Source: an uncultured cyanobacterium
GTDB lineage: Bacteria; Cyanobacteriota; Cyanobacteriia; PCC-6307; Cyanobiaceae
Length of the DNA: 64,000 bases
Reading direction: 5' to 3'
NCBI GenBank assembly: GCA_963697335.1
Contig: CAVONQ010000009.1
Span: forward strand, 20,413-84,412
The notes beneath the pieces were generated by a model. The model did not search any database, was not told the DNA's origin, and saw nothing but the letters and a program-made list of their open reading frames with translations. Position 1 is the stretch's first letter. Every line of letters starts with the position of its first letter. This document shows, one piece after another, positions 18,959-31,780 of this stretch. Made by a program: the position numbers and the translations under genes.

Positions 18959-20140
18959 ATGGCGTCTGTCGTTCCTGCCGCCGTTCTTCCTGCTGCCGTG
19001 CTGACCCGGCAGTTCCGCGATGAAGCCAGCCTGGATCAGGAGTTCGTGGTGCTCACCACGGCCTCCAGCCTGATCGCCAGCCTCGGCCTGCTCGCCAACA
19101 GCGCCGCCGTGGTGATCGGCGCCATGTTGATCGCTCCCTGGATCCTGCCCCTGCGCGCCACGGCCTTTGCGATCCTGCAGGGCAGGTTGCCGCTGGTGGG
19201 TCGCGGTCTGCTCACCCTGGCCATCGGGGTGGCCACCACGGTGGTGCTGTCGGCGGGGCTGGGCCTGATCGTGGGGCTGCCGGTGTTCGGCTCCGAGGTG
19301 ATCGGCCGCACCAGCCCGAACCTGCTGGATCTGGCCATCGCCATCGTGGCCGGGGCCATTGCCACCTACGCCAAGGTGCGCGTCAAGGCGGTGGGCTCCC
19401 TGGCCGGCACCGCCATCGCCGTGGCCCTGGTGCCGCCGGTCTGCGTGTTTGGGTTGCTGGTGGCGGCCGGCGAGTGGCAGCAGGCCCAGGGGGCCGGTCT
19501 CCTGTTCACCGCCAACCTGCTGGGAATCCTCAGCGGGGCGCTTGTGACCCTGGGGATCACCCGGCCGGAACTGCGCCTGCGACTGTTCAAGAGTCGTCTG
19601 GGCTTTGTGAGCCTGCTGCTCACCGCTCTGCTGCTGGTGCCGCTCAGCACCAGCTTCGTGGGGCTGATCGGCCAGGCCCGCCGCCAGGCCTCGCTCAACC
19701 GGGTGGAGGTGGTGATCGCTGAGAGCCTGCGAAGGGAAACCATCACCCTCGGCAAGGATGCGGAGCTGGTGGGTATCCGCATCGACTGGGAGGAGAACCC
19801 GCCCCTGATTCGCGCTTCGGTGCGGGTGAGCAAGCCCAACCTGCCCACGCCCGAGCAGGTGGCCGCGGTGCAGGACTTCATCAATGAGCGCCAGTCGATC
19901 CGCTACCGGCTGCTGGTGCAGCGCACCTCCATCGATGTGATCGGCCCGGAGACCGCCCCCAATCCGAAGGCCGTGGAGGTGCCGGCTCAGGAACCCTCCA
20001 TGCCCTTCGTGCCCTCGGTGCCGCCGCTGCCGGACGACATCACGCCCGGCACCGAGGCCCCCGACCCCCAGCCCCCAGACCCCCTCCTCAACGTGCCTGG
20101 CCAGAACGCGCCGGGCGCGGCAGAACCTCAGATGCCCTGA
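18959..20140 (+). CDS. DUF389 membrane protein
   Basis: NSAAVVIGAMLIAP, RTSPNLLDL and GTAIAVALVPP motifs. Confidence 0.85.
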   Translation: MASVVPAAVLPAAVLTRQFRDEASLDQEFVVLTTASSLIASLGLLANSAAVVIGAMLIAPWILPLRATAFAILQGRLPLVGRGLLTLAIGVATTVVLSAGLGLIVGLPVFGSEVIGRTSPNLLDLAIAIVAGAIATYAKVRVKAVGSLAGTAIAVALVPPVCVFGLLVAAGEWQQAQGAGLLFTANLLGILSGALVTLGITRPELRLRLFKSRLGFVSLLLTALLLVPLSTSFVGLIGQARRQASLNRVEVVIAESLRRETITLGKDAELVGIRIDWEENPPLIRASVRVSKPNLPTPEQVAAVQDFINERQSIRYRLLVQRTSIDVIGPETAPNPKAVEVPAQEPSMPFVPSVPPLPDDITPGTEAPDPQPPDPLLNVPGQNAPGAAEPQMP

Positions 20141-21726
20141 AGCAGGCGGCTCTCCAGGCTGGCTGCCAGGGCCGTGATGGCCTCGTCGGCCTCTCCAGCC
20201 CAGGGCAACGGGGGCACCACCAGGGTCAGGCGCTGTTCTGCGGCATCGAGCGGTTCCGCCTGGCGCCACTGGGCGCGCAGCACGCCGATGTCGGCATCGG
20301 AGGGATCGTGGCCCAGACGTTGCCGGTGCTGCAACCGCCCCTCTGCCACCTCAGCCGGCACGGAAAAGCAGAGGATCACCAGCGGAACCCGGGCGGCCTG
20401 GGCCACGGCGGCCATGGCCTGGCGGTGGCTGCGGCGCAGGAAGGTGGCATCCACGATCACCCGGAAGCCGGCCGCCAGCAGCCCCTGGGCCAGCTGGGGC
20501 AGGCGCTGCTCGAACAGCTCGGCCGTGACCCCAGGGGTGTAGAGCTCGCCGCTGCGGCAGGGGGAGCCATCGGCCAGGGGCTGACCCTGCCCCTGAATCC
20601 CCCAGCGACCGAACAGGCGCTTGCGTTCCACGTCCGAGCGCAGCCGGATGGCGCCGAGCCGCTCCAGCAGCAGACCGCTGCCGTGGGATTTTCCCGACCC
20701 CGACACCCCATGGCAGAGCATCAGGCCCGCCGGCCCTGGCTGGGTGAGGAGCTCCGCCACCTGCAGATAGCGCTCCACCCGCCCGCTCTCCCCGGCCAGG
20801 GCCGCCACCTTGGCCCGCACCAGGGCCCGGTAGCTGGCATACCAGGACCAGAGGTCCAGGGCCCCGTAGTCGCCGCTCTGATCCAGCCAGCCGTTCAGCA
20901 GCCGGTAGGCCAGGGCCTGCTCGCCGCGCTCCTGCAGGTCCATCACCAGGAAGGCCAGGTCGCTGATCGGATCGATCCAGCGCAGGGCAGGGCTGAACTC
21001 CAGGCAGTCGAACACCTCGATCCGCCCGCGCTGCAGCAGCATGTTGCCGAGGTGCAGATCGCCGTGGCCTTCCCGCACCTGGCCGCGGGCCAGGCGTTCC
21101 GCGAAGCGCTGCCGCAGCTGGTCAAAGCTGCTGCCGATCCAGCCCTGCAGCTGCAGCAGCCGTGGAGCCAGGGCCGGATCGCCGTGCTGCAGCAGGCTGG
21201 TGATGTTCGCCTGCACCGGCTCCAGCACGGCGTCTGGGGTGCCGTAGGGCCCTTCGGGCTCGGCCTGGGCCGCCTCGGCGTGGAAGCGGGCCAGCCGCTC
21301 GGCCAGGGCATCAATCTGCTCGGGCCCCACGGCGCCCCGGGCCAGGGCCGCCGGCAAGAGGGCGTCCTGGGGGAATTCGGCCATGCGCACGGCGTACTCC
21401 AGGCCGCCGGGCCCCGGGGGTCCAGCGGCATCCTGCTGGGGTCCTGGGCCGGGCTCGGCCTCCACACCAGCGGCCAGGCGCGGCTGCTCCGGGCTGCCGC
21501 CGATGGCCACCACCCCCTGGTAGATCCCGGGGCTGAGGCGGCGGTTGAGGCGCACTTCCTCGTGGCAGCACTGGCGCCGCCGCTCCAGGCTGCTGAAATT
21601 CACGAAGCCGAAATCCACCGGCTTCTTGAGCTTGTAGGCCGTGTCGCCCGTGAGCAGCACCCAGGAGATGTGGGTCTGCAGCAGCCGGATCGGGCCCACC
21701 GGATGGGGGTAGGCCTCGGGGCGCAA
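20128..21726 (-). CDS. Bifunctional APH-like phosphotransferase / AAA_33 P-loop kinase
   Basis: QTHISWVLL, HGDLHLGN, FDCLEF; GVSGSGKS Walker A; RSDVERKRL; DATFL. Confidence 0.85.
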   Translation of the reverse strand: MRPEAYPHPVGPIRLLQTHISWVLLTGDTAYKLKKPVDFGFVNFSSLERRRQCCHEEVRLNRRLSPGIYQGVVAIGGSPEQPRLAAGVEAEPGPGPQQDAAGPPGPGGLEYAVRMAEFPQDALLPAALARGAVGPEQIDALAERLARFHAEAAQAEPEGPYGTPDAVLEPVQANITSLLQHGDPALAPRLLQLQGWIGSSFDQLRQRFAERLARGQVREGHGDLHLGNMLLQRGRIEVFDCLEFSPALRWIDPISDLAFLVMDLQERGEQALAYRLLNGWLDQSGDYGALDLWSWYASYRALVRAKVAALAGESGRVERYLQVAELLTQPGPAGLMLCHGVSGSGKSHGSGLLLERLGAIRLRSDVERKRLFGRWGIQGQGQPLADGSPCRSGELYTPGVTAELFEQRLPQLAQGLLAAGFRVIVDATFLRRSHRQAMAAVAQAARVPLVILCFSVPAEVAEGRLQHRQRLGHDPSDADIGVLRAQWRQAEPLDAAEQRLTLVVPPLPWAGEADEAITALAASLESRLLQGI

Positions 21727-21767
21727 CAGCCCCTGGATCAGGGGCGGCAGGGTGCCGTGCTGGTCGA

Positions 21768-22706
<939 letters not shown>

Positions 22707-22713
22707 TCAGGAT

Positions 22714-24311
22714 TCAGGCGGAGAAGTGGGCCTTGGCGGCGTAGAGGGCCTCACCGTCAATCAGGGCCAGCCCTTGCTCGCGGGCATAGGCCTCGGTGTT
22801 GCGCCGCACCTTGCCGCGCACGAAGAAGGGGATCTTGGCCAGTTCGGCCTCGCCGGTCGGGTCCCAGCTGGGGGCGCTGGGGCCGACCGGAGTTCGCTCT
22901 TCGCTGCCGGGGTCAGGGGCGGCAGCGGGGGCTGGAGCCGTTTCGGGGGGGGCCTGGCCGCCCAGATGGCTGCGGTGGCCCTCCACGAATTCGAAGTCGT
23001 GGCGGAACATGCCGATCAGGTGCTCCTCCAGGCCCATCATCAGCGGGTGCACCCAGCTGTCGAAGAGCTCGTTGGCGCCCTCCCAGCCCATCTGGGGGGC
23101 ATGGCGGGCCGGCACGTCCTGCACGTGCAGGGGTGAGCTGATCACGGCACAGGGGATGCCGAGGCGCTTGGCGCTGTGGCGCTCCATCTGGGTGCCGAGC
23201 ACCAGCTCCGGCATGGCCTCGGCCATGGCCCGCTCCACCTCCAGGTAGTCATCGCTGATCAGGGCCTCGAGGCCCAGCTCCCGGGCGGCGGCCCGCACAT
23301 CCCGGGCCAGCTCGCGGCTGTAGCTGCCCAGGCCCACCACCTCAAATCCCAGCTCCCGGCTGGCCACCCGGGCAGCGGCAATCGCATGGGTGGCATCGCC
23401 GAAGATGAACACCCGCTTGCCGGTGAGGTAGGTGGAGTCGACCGAGCGGGAGTACCAGGGCAGTTGGGAGGAGCTCTCCGGGGCCATGGGCTGCTCCTCG
23501 AGGCCGAGCACCTGGCGCAGCTCGCTCAGGAAGTCGCGGGTGGCGCCGATGCCGATCGGCACCGTGCGCACCACCGGCTGGCCGAAGCGCCGCTCCAGCC
23601 AGCTGCACACCGGCCCGGCCACCTCCGGATAGAGGCAGACATTGGCATCGGCCGCCGGGATGCGCACCAGATCGGCGGGGTGGGCTCCCAGGGGCGCCAC
23701 CACCGCCACATCGATGCCTTCGGCGCCCAGCAGGCGGCTGAGCTCGCGTACATCGTCGCGGCAGCGGAAGCCCAGCAGGCTGGGGCCGAGCAGGTTGACC
23801 CGGGGCCGTCGGCCCTCGGCTCGCCAGCGCTGGGCCGAGGGTGGCGGCGTGCCCGGGGCCGGCATCTGGGCCTTGAGCAGGTGCCGCACCAGTTGGTAGA
23901 AGGTCTCCGCCGCTCCCCAGTTCTCCTTCTTGGAGTAGGCCGGCAGCTCCAGGCTCACCACCGGCCTGCCGCCCAGGTCCATGCCGGCCGCCAGGGAGCC
24001 CGGCTGGTCCTGGATCAGCTCGGCGGTGCAGCTCTCACCCACCAGCAGGGCCTCGGGCTGGAAGCGGTCCACCGCCTCCTGGATCGAGCGCTTCACCAGC
24101 TCGGCGGTGTCACCACCCAGGTCGCGGGCCTGGAAGGTGGTGTAGGTGACGGGCGGGCGCCGCTGACGCCGCTCGATCATCGTGAACAGCAGGTCGGCAT
24201 AGGTGTCGCCCTGGGGCGCATGCAGCACCAGGTGCACCCCCTCCATGGAGGCGGCGATGCGCAGGGCCCCCACGTGGGGAGGGCCTTCGTAGGTCCAGAG
24301 GGTGAGTTCCA

Positions 24312-24312
<1 letters not shown>
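22714..24312 (-). CDS. chlB: Dark-operative protochlorophyllide reductase subunit B
   Basis: [23 protein letters not shown]-terminal PCP_red domain [15 protein letters not shown]. Confidence 0.96.
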
Positions 24313-25706
<1,394 letters not shown>

Positions 25707-25751
25707 TCAGTGGGGTTTGTGATGTGGGCGCCGCCGTGTCAGGAGATGAGG

Positions 25752-27830
25752 TCAGGGGGCCAGACGCAGGTCCACGGTGCAGGGCCGCTCTGCTCCGGTC
25801 TGCCAGGGCGCCGCCAGGGGCCAGGTCAGGGGGGTCGGTTCCACTGGCGTGAAGCTGAGGGCTTCGGGTTCCAGCTCCCACTGGGCCAGGGGCCTGGGGC
25901 CGAGGCCCTCGCCGGCGCTGCTGCCGGTGAGCGGCACCAGTTGCAGCACCAGGGGCATCTCGGGTTCGATGCCGGGGTGGAAGCAGGGGTAGAGGGCGCT
26001 GGCGCGGTAGCGCACCGCCAGGGGGCCGGGGTGCCGCAGGGGCAGGGGGCGGCCGTTCAGCACCAGGGCGTAGCGCTCGGCCAGGGCCCCGGCGCCCAGC
26101 AGCTCGAAGCGGCGCAGGGAGCCGTCCACAAAGCGGCTGGTGAAGCCCCCTTCGCGGGGGGTGTCGCAGATCAGGGGCCAGGGCTCCAGGGCCGGCAGCA
26201 GGGTCAGTTCGGGAGCGTCCGGCGCGGCGGGGTCGCGCCAGCGCAGCAGCGGCGGGAAGCGCCACTCCCAGATCGTGCGGTAGGGGGCTGCATCGAGGGG
26301 CAGGCCGGCGGCCTCCAGGTCGGCAAGCACGGCTTCGAGGTCGGCCCAGAGCTGGCTGGGCAGCAGCATCTGATCGTGCAGGGCTCCGCCCCATGGGCGC
26401 AGCCGGGGCGGCCGCCGGGCCGGATCCAGCTGCAGGGCCGCCAGCTGGGTCCAGAGCAGGGCGATGGCGGCCATCCAGTCGGCCTGGGGCAGGCTTTCCA
26501 GGGCCCGGAACTCGATCAGCCCCAGGCAGCCGGCCGGGGCGCCCGGATTCCAGAACTTGTCGAGGCTGATCTCGCTGCGGTGGTTGTTGCCGGAGCGATC
26601 GGCATGCAGATGGCGCAGGGTTTCGCCGATCAGCTGGCGCTGCTCGCCGCGGGCCCGCTCCAGCACGGTGTAGGCCAGTTCCAGGTCGAACAGCTCGCCG
26701 AGGGCCTCATCGGGCCGGGGGGCCTGGGAGGACGGACCCACGCTCGAGCCGCTGAACAGATAGGCGAGGCTGGGATGGTGCTGGAAATAGCGCAGGATTC
26801 CCACCAGCCAGTCGGGGCGCGGGAAGAAGGGATGCCGTTGCAGGTCGCGGCTGCCCCAGAGCAGGTGGTTGCCGCCGCCGGTGCCCTGCTGGCCGCCCGC
26901 CTCGCTGAGCTTCCAGCTGCGCAGGCCCACCGCGGCCCCGGCCACCTCGATCAGCCGCAGCCAGTCGCGGTAGGTGCTCCAGCTGTCGCACACGGGCAGG
27001 TTCACCTCCAGGACGCCCGGATCGGCGGTGAGGCCGAGCACTTCCCAGCCCTCGCTGGCATCCACCGGCAGCAGGCCGCTGAGATCGGGCCCGGCCAGGG
27101 GTGCGGCCGTGAGCGGACAGCTGGCCTCGCCGCTGATGGCCCGCAGCAGCACCTCGGTGGGCTGCCGCTCCAGGGGCGGCAGAAACAGGCCCCAGCCGGC
27201 GGCTCCGAAGCCCCCGGAGCCGATCTCCAGGGTGAGCAGCTGGCGAGGCAGGTCGTCCGGGAAGTGGTCCAGCGGCAAGCGCAGGCCGGCCGGCCCCGGG
27301 GCGGCGGTGAGGCGACGTTGTTCCAGGGGCAGCTCCCAGCAACCGCTGCTCCAGCCGTCCTGCTCAGTCCAGGTGAGCGGAACGGCCCAGACGGCCCGCT
27401 CGGGATCGCTCTCATCCAGCAGGCGCAGGGGCGCCAGGGCAATGCCAAGGCGATCGCCCAGACGCTGCAGCCAGGTCTCCCCGGCAGGGGCCGGCAGCGC
27501 CACACCCGTTGCCGCAGGGGTGGGCCAGGGGGCGATGGGAGCGCCGTGGCTGCCGGTGATCAGCCTCAGCGCCCAGCGAGGGTTCACCTCGCCTTCGTAG
27601 CGCTTGCCGCTGCAGTAGAGCAGCGTGCTGCCGGGCCAGGTGCGCTGCTGGATCGCCGCCGCCAGGGCGCGGGCCACGGGCAACTTGGTGGGGCCATCCG
27701 CCGCCACCGACCACTCCAGGCCCTCGGGGTCCAAGGGCACCAGGGTGGGCTCACCGCCAAGGGTGAGCGCGATTCCGGCAGCCTCAAGCCGCCCCTCAGC
27801 CCGCCGGGCGGCTTCCTCCATCCAGGACAT
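25752..27830 (-). CDS. DUF2126 putative amidoligase (transglutaminase-associated family), stand-alone
   Basis: LTLGGEPT, DPGVLEVNLP, GTGGGNH, GPSSQAPRPDE, GNNHRSEISLDK, GLIEFRA and WRFP motifs. Confidence 0.8.
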   Translation of the reverse strand: MSWMEEAARRAEGRLEAAGIALTLGGEPTLVPLDPEGLEWSVAADGPTKLPVARALAAAIQQRTWPGSTLLYCSGKRYEGEVNPRWALRLITGSHGAPIAPWPTPAATGVALPAPAGETWLQRLGDRLGIALAPLRLLDESDPERAVWAVPLTWTEQDGWSSGCWELPLEQRRLTAAPGPAGLRLPLDHFPDDLPRQLLTLEIGSGGFGAAGWGLFLPPLERQPTEVLLRAISGEASCPLTAAPLAGPDLSGLLPVDASEGWEVLGLTADPGVLEVNLPVCDSWSTYRDWLRLIEVAGAAVGLRSWKLSEAGGQQGTGGGNHLLWGSRDLQRHPFFPRPDWLVGILRYFQHHPSLAYLFSGSSVGPSSQAPRPDEALGELFDLELAYTVLERARGEQRQLIGETLRHLHADRSGNNHRSEISLDKFWNPGAPAGCLGLIEFRALESLPQADWMAAIALLWTQLAALQLDPARRPPRLRPWGGALHDQMLLPSQLWADLEAVLADLEAAGLPLDAAPYRTIWEWRFPPLLRWRDPAAPDAPELTLLPALEPWPLICDTPREGGFTSRFVDGSLRRFELLGAGALAERYALVLNGRPLPLRHPGPLAVRYRASALYPCFHPGIEPEMPLVLQLVPLTGSSAGEGLGPRPLAQWELEPEALSFTPVEPTPLTWPLAAPWQTGAERPCTVDLRLAP

Positions 27831-27990
27831 CGTGGCGATCGGCGGTGCAGTAGGTGGGGACGGGGTACGGCTCGGCCGTACCACCGCTCCATCCTGCGCT
27901 CTTGTCTGGCCCTGCAGCCACCGCTGCATGCAAGGGCAGCACAGCATTGGTTTAATGGCGCAGCGATCCGGCCCTCGGATCCGGATCTCC

Positions 27991-29118
27991 ATGGCCAGCC
28001 TCCGCTGGCGCCCCTGGCGCCGACGCCGTCCCCCATCCACCCGGATTCGCCGACCCTGGCGGGCCCCGCTCGCCCTCGTGGTGCTGGTGAATCTGGCTGC
28101 CCTGGGCTACCGCCTCACCGAGGGCTGGGGCTGGGCGGACTGCTACTGGATGGTGGCGATCACGATCAGCACCATCGGCTTCGGCGAGGTGCAGCCCCTC
28201 TCACCCGCTGGCCGTCTGGTGACGGTGCTGCTCATCCTGGGCGGCCTGGTGGTGGTGCAGATCAGCATCCAGGGGGTGCTCGGCCTCTCCGAATCGGGCT
28301 ATTTCAGGCGCCTGCGCGAGCGCCGTTTCCGCCGCTGGCTCAAGACCATGCAAGACCACGTGATTCTCTGCGGCTACGGCCGCATCGGCCGCGAGATCGC
28401 CGAACAGCTCAGCCGGGAGCGGGTGCCACTGCTGGTGGTGGAGCTGGACCAGGAGCGCAGCACGGCTGCCCAGGAGCGCGGTCTGCCGGTGCTGGTGGCC
28501 GACGCCACCCTCGATGAGACCCTGCTGGAGGCCGGCATCCACCAGTGCCGCTCCCTGGTGGCGGCCCTGCCCAGCAACGCCGCCAACCTCTATGTGGTGT
28601 TGAGTGCCCGCGGGCTGGCCCCCTCCTGCCGCCTGATCGCCCGCTCCGACAGCGATGAGGCGGAGCGCAAACTGCGCCTGGCCGGAGCCGACCAGGTGGT
28701 GAGCCCCTACGTGAGCGGCGGCCGCACGATGGCGGCCACCGCCCTGCGGCCCCTGGCCGTCACCTTCATGGACCTGTTGGCCGGCACCGACTGCGAGGTG
28801 GAGGAGTTCCGGCTCAGCACCGACCCCGGCGATCTAGGACGGCTGCTGGGCATGAGTCTGGGGGAGCTGCAGCTGGGGCGACGCACCGGGGCCCTGGTGC
28901 TGGCCGTGCAGCCAGCGGCGCCGATCCATGAGGTGGTGCGCCAGTACCGGGGCACCGCCTACAAGGTTGAGGAGCAGACCCTGATCGCCAATCCGGGCAG
29001 CGATCACCGCCTGGCCGCAGGGCAGATGCTGGTGGTGATGGGCAGCAAGGCCCAATTGCAGGACGTGTCCGAGTTGTTCGGCCCGGCCCTGATCAGCGTC
29101 GAGCACATGGCGAGCTGA
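27991..29118 (+). CDS. Potassium channel with TrkA/RCK domains
   Basis: TISTIGFGE pore; HVILCGYGRIG RCK motif; GADQVVSP. Confidence 0.88.
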   Translation: MASLRWRPWRRRRPPSTRIRRPWRAPLALVVLVNLAALGYRLTEGWGWADCYWMVAITISTIGFGEVQPLSPAGRLVTVLLILGGLVVVQISIQGVLGLSESGYFRRLRERRFRRWLKTMQDHVILCGYGRIGREIAEQLSRERVPLLVVELDQERSTAAQERGLPVLVADATLDETLLEAGIHQCRSLVAALPSNAANLYVVLSARGLAPSCRLIARSDSDEAERKLRLAGADQVVSPYVSGGRTMAATALRPLAVTFMDLLAGTDCEVEEFRLSTDPGDLGRLLGMSLGELQLGRRTGALVLAVQPAAPIHEVVRQYRGTAYKVEEQTLIANPGSDHRLAAGQMLVVMGSKAQLQDVSELFGPALISVEHMAS

Positions 29119-29157
29119 GCGCTCGGCACCGAGCGTTGGCTCAATGTGCCTGGCGGA

Positions 29158-29778
29158 TCAGCTCTCGGCCTCTTCGAGGATCTGGCGCTGCAGCTCGATC
29201 TGGTAGCCCTCCACCATGGCTTCGAGGGAGGCCTCCTCCTCGTCGTCCACCTGCAGGGCCTCCGCCAGGGTGAGATCGGGCACCTGGGCGGTGCCGATGG
29301 CGGTGAGGGCGACCCCCAGGGAGGCGCTGTCGCGGTGCCAGATCGAAGCGGCCTCGGCCAGCTTGGCGAGCACCTCGTCCTCCATGGGGTCGCCGCGGCG
29401 CTGGGCCAGGGCCACCGCCAGGCGCCGGTCGTCGAACACGGCCGCGGCGGCGAGATGGGCCGCGTGCAGGGCCCCCAAGCTGTACACGGCCTCGGAGCGG
29501 AGGGTGAGCAGGCTCTTGCTGAGCGCCCGCTCCCTCACGCCCTGCCAGGGTGCCGAGGGCAGGCTGTCTTCGCTGGCGCCGGGGGCCTCATCCAGGCCCG
29601 CGATGGAGGGCAGCTTGGGGTTGGCCAGGCCCGTGCCGGCGAGGGCGGACTCGCCCGGAGCCGCACCGCCGGCCAGCAGCGCCGGCTGGCGCTCCAGCGC
29701 GAGGCTGGGATCTCGCTCGGGATCGAGCCGATCGCCAACGCGGCGGAGCCACTGACCCAGTCGTGCGCGCATGCCCAT
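29158..29778 (-). CDS. Hypothetical protein
   Basis: Open frame with host-like codon usage filling the gap; helical acidic C-terminus. Confidence 0.55.
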   Translation of the reverse strand: MGMRARLGQWLRRVGDRLDPERDPSLALERQPALLAGGAAPGESALAGTGLANPKLPSIAGLDEAPGASEDSLPSAPWQGVRERALSKSLLTLRSEAVYSLGALHAAHLAAAAVFDDRRLAVALAQRRGDPMEDEVLAKLAEAASIWHRDSASLGVALTAIGTAQVPDLTLAEALQVDDEEEASLEAMVEGYQIELQRQILEEAES

Positions 29779-29880
29779 GCCCTGTTTTGCCTGCCGCTGC
29801 CCTCCACTGTGCCCCTCCCGGGCCGGAAGCGCTCGCTTGGGGGTCGCTGCGGAGACCCGCACCCCACAATGCACCCTTGT

Positions 29881-29898
29881 TTTGTAACGTGTTGTGAA
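29881..29898 (-). promoter_or_regulatory. HLR1-like (RpaB) direct repeat
   Basis: Minus strand TTCACAAC-AC-GTTACAAA versus consensus (G/T)TTACA(T/A)(T/A)-N2 repeat. Confidence 0.45.
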
Positions 29899-29917
29899 CA
29901 CAGCCCAGCAAGACGCC

Positions 29918-30109
29918 ATGGAGACCCTTTCCCTCAGCCGCCAGTTCGCCATGGAGGCCCATGCCCGGGCGATCGATTCCTGCGACAACGTCGAGGAGTT
30001 GCGCACCGTGGCCAAGAGCCTGCTCCAGGCCTGGCAGCTGCAGGCCTCGATGAGTGAGGACCTCGTGGCCCAGCTGATGGGCCTGCAGCCCCGCCCCGCC
30101 GGCCTCTGA
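29918..30109 (+). CDS. nblA: NblA-like phycobilisome degradation protein
   Basis: 63 aa helix-loop-helix LSLSRQFAMEAHARAIDSCDNVEELRTVAKSLLQAWQLQ; LSLxxQF start; HLR1-like site upstream. Confidence 0.55.
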   Translation: METLSLSRQFAMEAHARAIDSCDNVEELRTVAKSLLQAWQLQASMSEDLVAQLMGLQPRPAGL

Positions 30110-30136
30110 ACACGGCTGCTGAGCCCCAGCCTGGCC

Positions 30137-31066
30137 TCAGGGCAGCGCGCTCCACAGCACGGTGGCGGCGCCAAGCACCATCACGGCGGCGGCGAGCAGT
30201 CGGCGACGCCCCTCGGCCTCGCCCAGGGCCACCACGCCGATGCCGCTGCCGAAGAGGGTGCTGAGCCGTTTGATGGCGATCACATGCACCACGGCGGTGT
30301 TCCGGATCGCCTCCATCTGCCACACCGAGCCCACAGCCCCGGCCAGGGCCGCCACCAGCAGGAACGGCAGCACCCCTCCCCAGCCGATCCGAGCCTTGCC
30401 CCTGGCCTTGGCACGGGCTGGGCCGCTGGCCAGGCCTCCCGGCAGCGACAGCCCCAGCAGGCTGCCGCCGATCACCAGCTGCAGGGAAACCACCCACAGC
30501 ACGCTGCCGCCTGCCTGCACCCCCAGCTTGTCCATGGTGGCGGCCATACCCCAGATCACGGCCACCAGCAGCATCCAGCGGCACCCGGGGCTGGCCCAGA
30601 GCTGGCCCAGCCCCGCCATGCCCCCCGACGCCAGCCCTCCCCTGCGGCTGCGGCCCAGCAGCAGGGCCCCCAGCACGAGAAGTCCCACGCCGGCCGCGGC
30701 TAGCGGGCTGGGCCGCTCCCCCAGCACCCACCAGCCCGCCAGCAGCAGCACCAGGGGGGAGAGGTTGATCAGCGGCAGCACCAGGCTGAGGTCCTCCAGA
30801 GCGATGGCGCGGCCATAGCCCCAGAAGGCCAGGGCATTGAGGCTGCCGCCCACGGCCAGGGCCGCCAGGAACGCCCAGCCATCCAGGGGCTGGGGTCCGT
30901 TCAGCAGCAGGGGCAGGCCCAGCAGCAGCGCGGCCAGGGCACTGCTCAGACCGATCACCCGCAGGGTGCTCCAGCCGGACTGACGCAGCACCCTGCGCAG
31001 GGCCAGATCGCGCAGGGTTTCCAGTACCGCTGTGCCGAGGGCCAGCAGCGCCCAGGGGAGCACCAC
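30137..31066 (-). CDS. EamA/DMT family transporter
   Basis: About 10 TM helices; SLVLPLINLSP and VLGER motifs. Confidence 0.8.
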   Translation of the reverse strand: MVLPWALLALGTAVLETLRDLALRRVLRQSGWSTLRVIGLSSALAALLLGLPLLLNGPQPLDGWAFLAALAVGGSLNALAFWGYGRAIALEDLSLVLPLINLSPLVLLLAGWWVLGERPSPLAAAGVGLLVLGALLLGRSRRGGLASGGMAGLGQLWASPGCRWMLLVAVIWGMAATMDKLGVQAGGSVLWVVSLQLVIGGSLLGLSLPGGLASGPARAKARGKARIGWGGVLPFLLVAALAGAVGSVWQMEAIRNTAVVHVIAIKRLSTLFGSGIGVVALGEAEGRRRLLAAAVMVLGAATVLWSALP

Positions 31067-31187
31067 GGGCTAGGCGGCCCCCAGGCCAGCCTGGCCATGG
31101 CATGGGGTCCTCATTCCGCGAAGAATCGCCACCTTCCCAAGCCTCTCCCTGTTCTGCTCTCCACACTGAAGGAAAGCCTCCCGGTCG

Positions 31188-31625
31188 ATGCGGGCTTCGA
31201 TCAACCATGCCCTGCGGCTGATCACCCTCTGGATCGCCTGGCTGCTGGCGATGCTCTTCCATGTGGACCTGGGCCTGATGCCCCTGTTCCACGGCCAGTC
31301 GCCGGAGATCCACAGCCAAGTGCAGGAGGGGGCATTGCCCTTGCTGTTCGGGGCGATGCTCGGCTACTTCCTGCTGCCGCTGATCGCCATCGTGCTGATC
31401 GCCTACGCCGCCACCACGGTCGGTCCGGCCACACGCTGGCGACCCTGGCGGCGGATCCACTTCTGGTTCAGCGTGGTCTATTCGGTCACCAACGTTCCCC
31501 ATCTCCTGGCCGACATTCTGGTGCCCGATGCCCGCCTCGATCAGATCGTGCTGATGGTGGCCCTCACGGTGTTCGGGCTGTTGATCAACCTGGAGGCCTG
31601 GCACTGGTGGCGGCAGAACCCCTGA
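31188..31625 (+). CDS. Hypothetical membrane protein (about 4 TM)
   Basis: Hydrophobic ORF with FHVDLGLMPLFHG motif and host-like codon usage. Confidence 0.7.
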   Translation: MRASINHALRLITLWIAWLLAMLFHVDLGLMPLFHGQSPEIHSQVQEGALPLLFGAMLGYFLLPLIAIVLIAYAATTVGPATRWRPWRRIHFWFSVVYSVTNVPHLLADILVPDARLDQIVLMVALTVFGLLINLEAWHWWRQNP

Positions 31626-31670
31626 CGGGGTGGGGCGGCAGGGGGGCCGGGAACAGGCGCTTGTTGTCTT

Positions 31671-31690
31671 TTATGCGCTTACAGCGATAA
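31671..31690 (+). promoter_or_regulatory. Imperfect palindromic operator in the psbA promoter
   Basis: TTATGCGCTTACAGCGATAA between TTGTCT and GATAAC; similar box at 39576-39595. Confidence 0.5.
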
Positions 31691-31780
31691 CAGGCTATCG
31701 TTTCCAGCAGGAGCTCGCCGGCGCGGCCCTTCGCGGCGCTGCCGGCGCTGGGCTCCTCGTCAACGCATCGCCTGGATCCC

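Noticed and set aside
29884..29897. NtcA site upstream of the nblA-like gene
   Set aside because: GTA-N8 is followed by TGA, not TAC; fits an HLR1 repeat better
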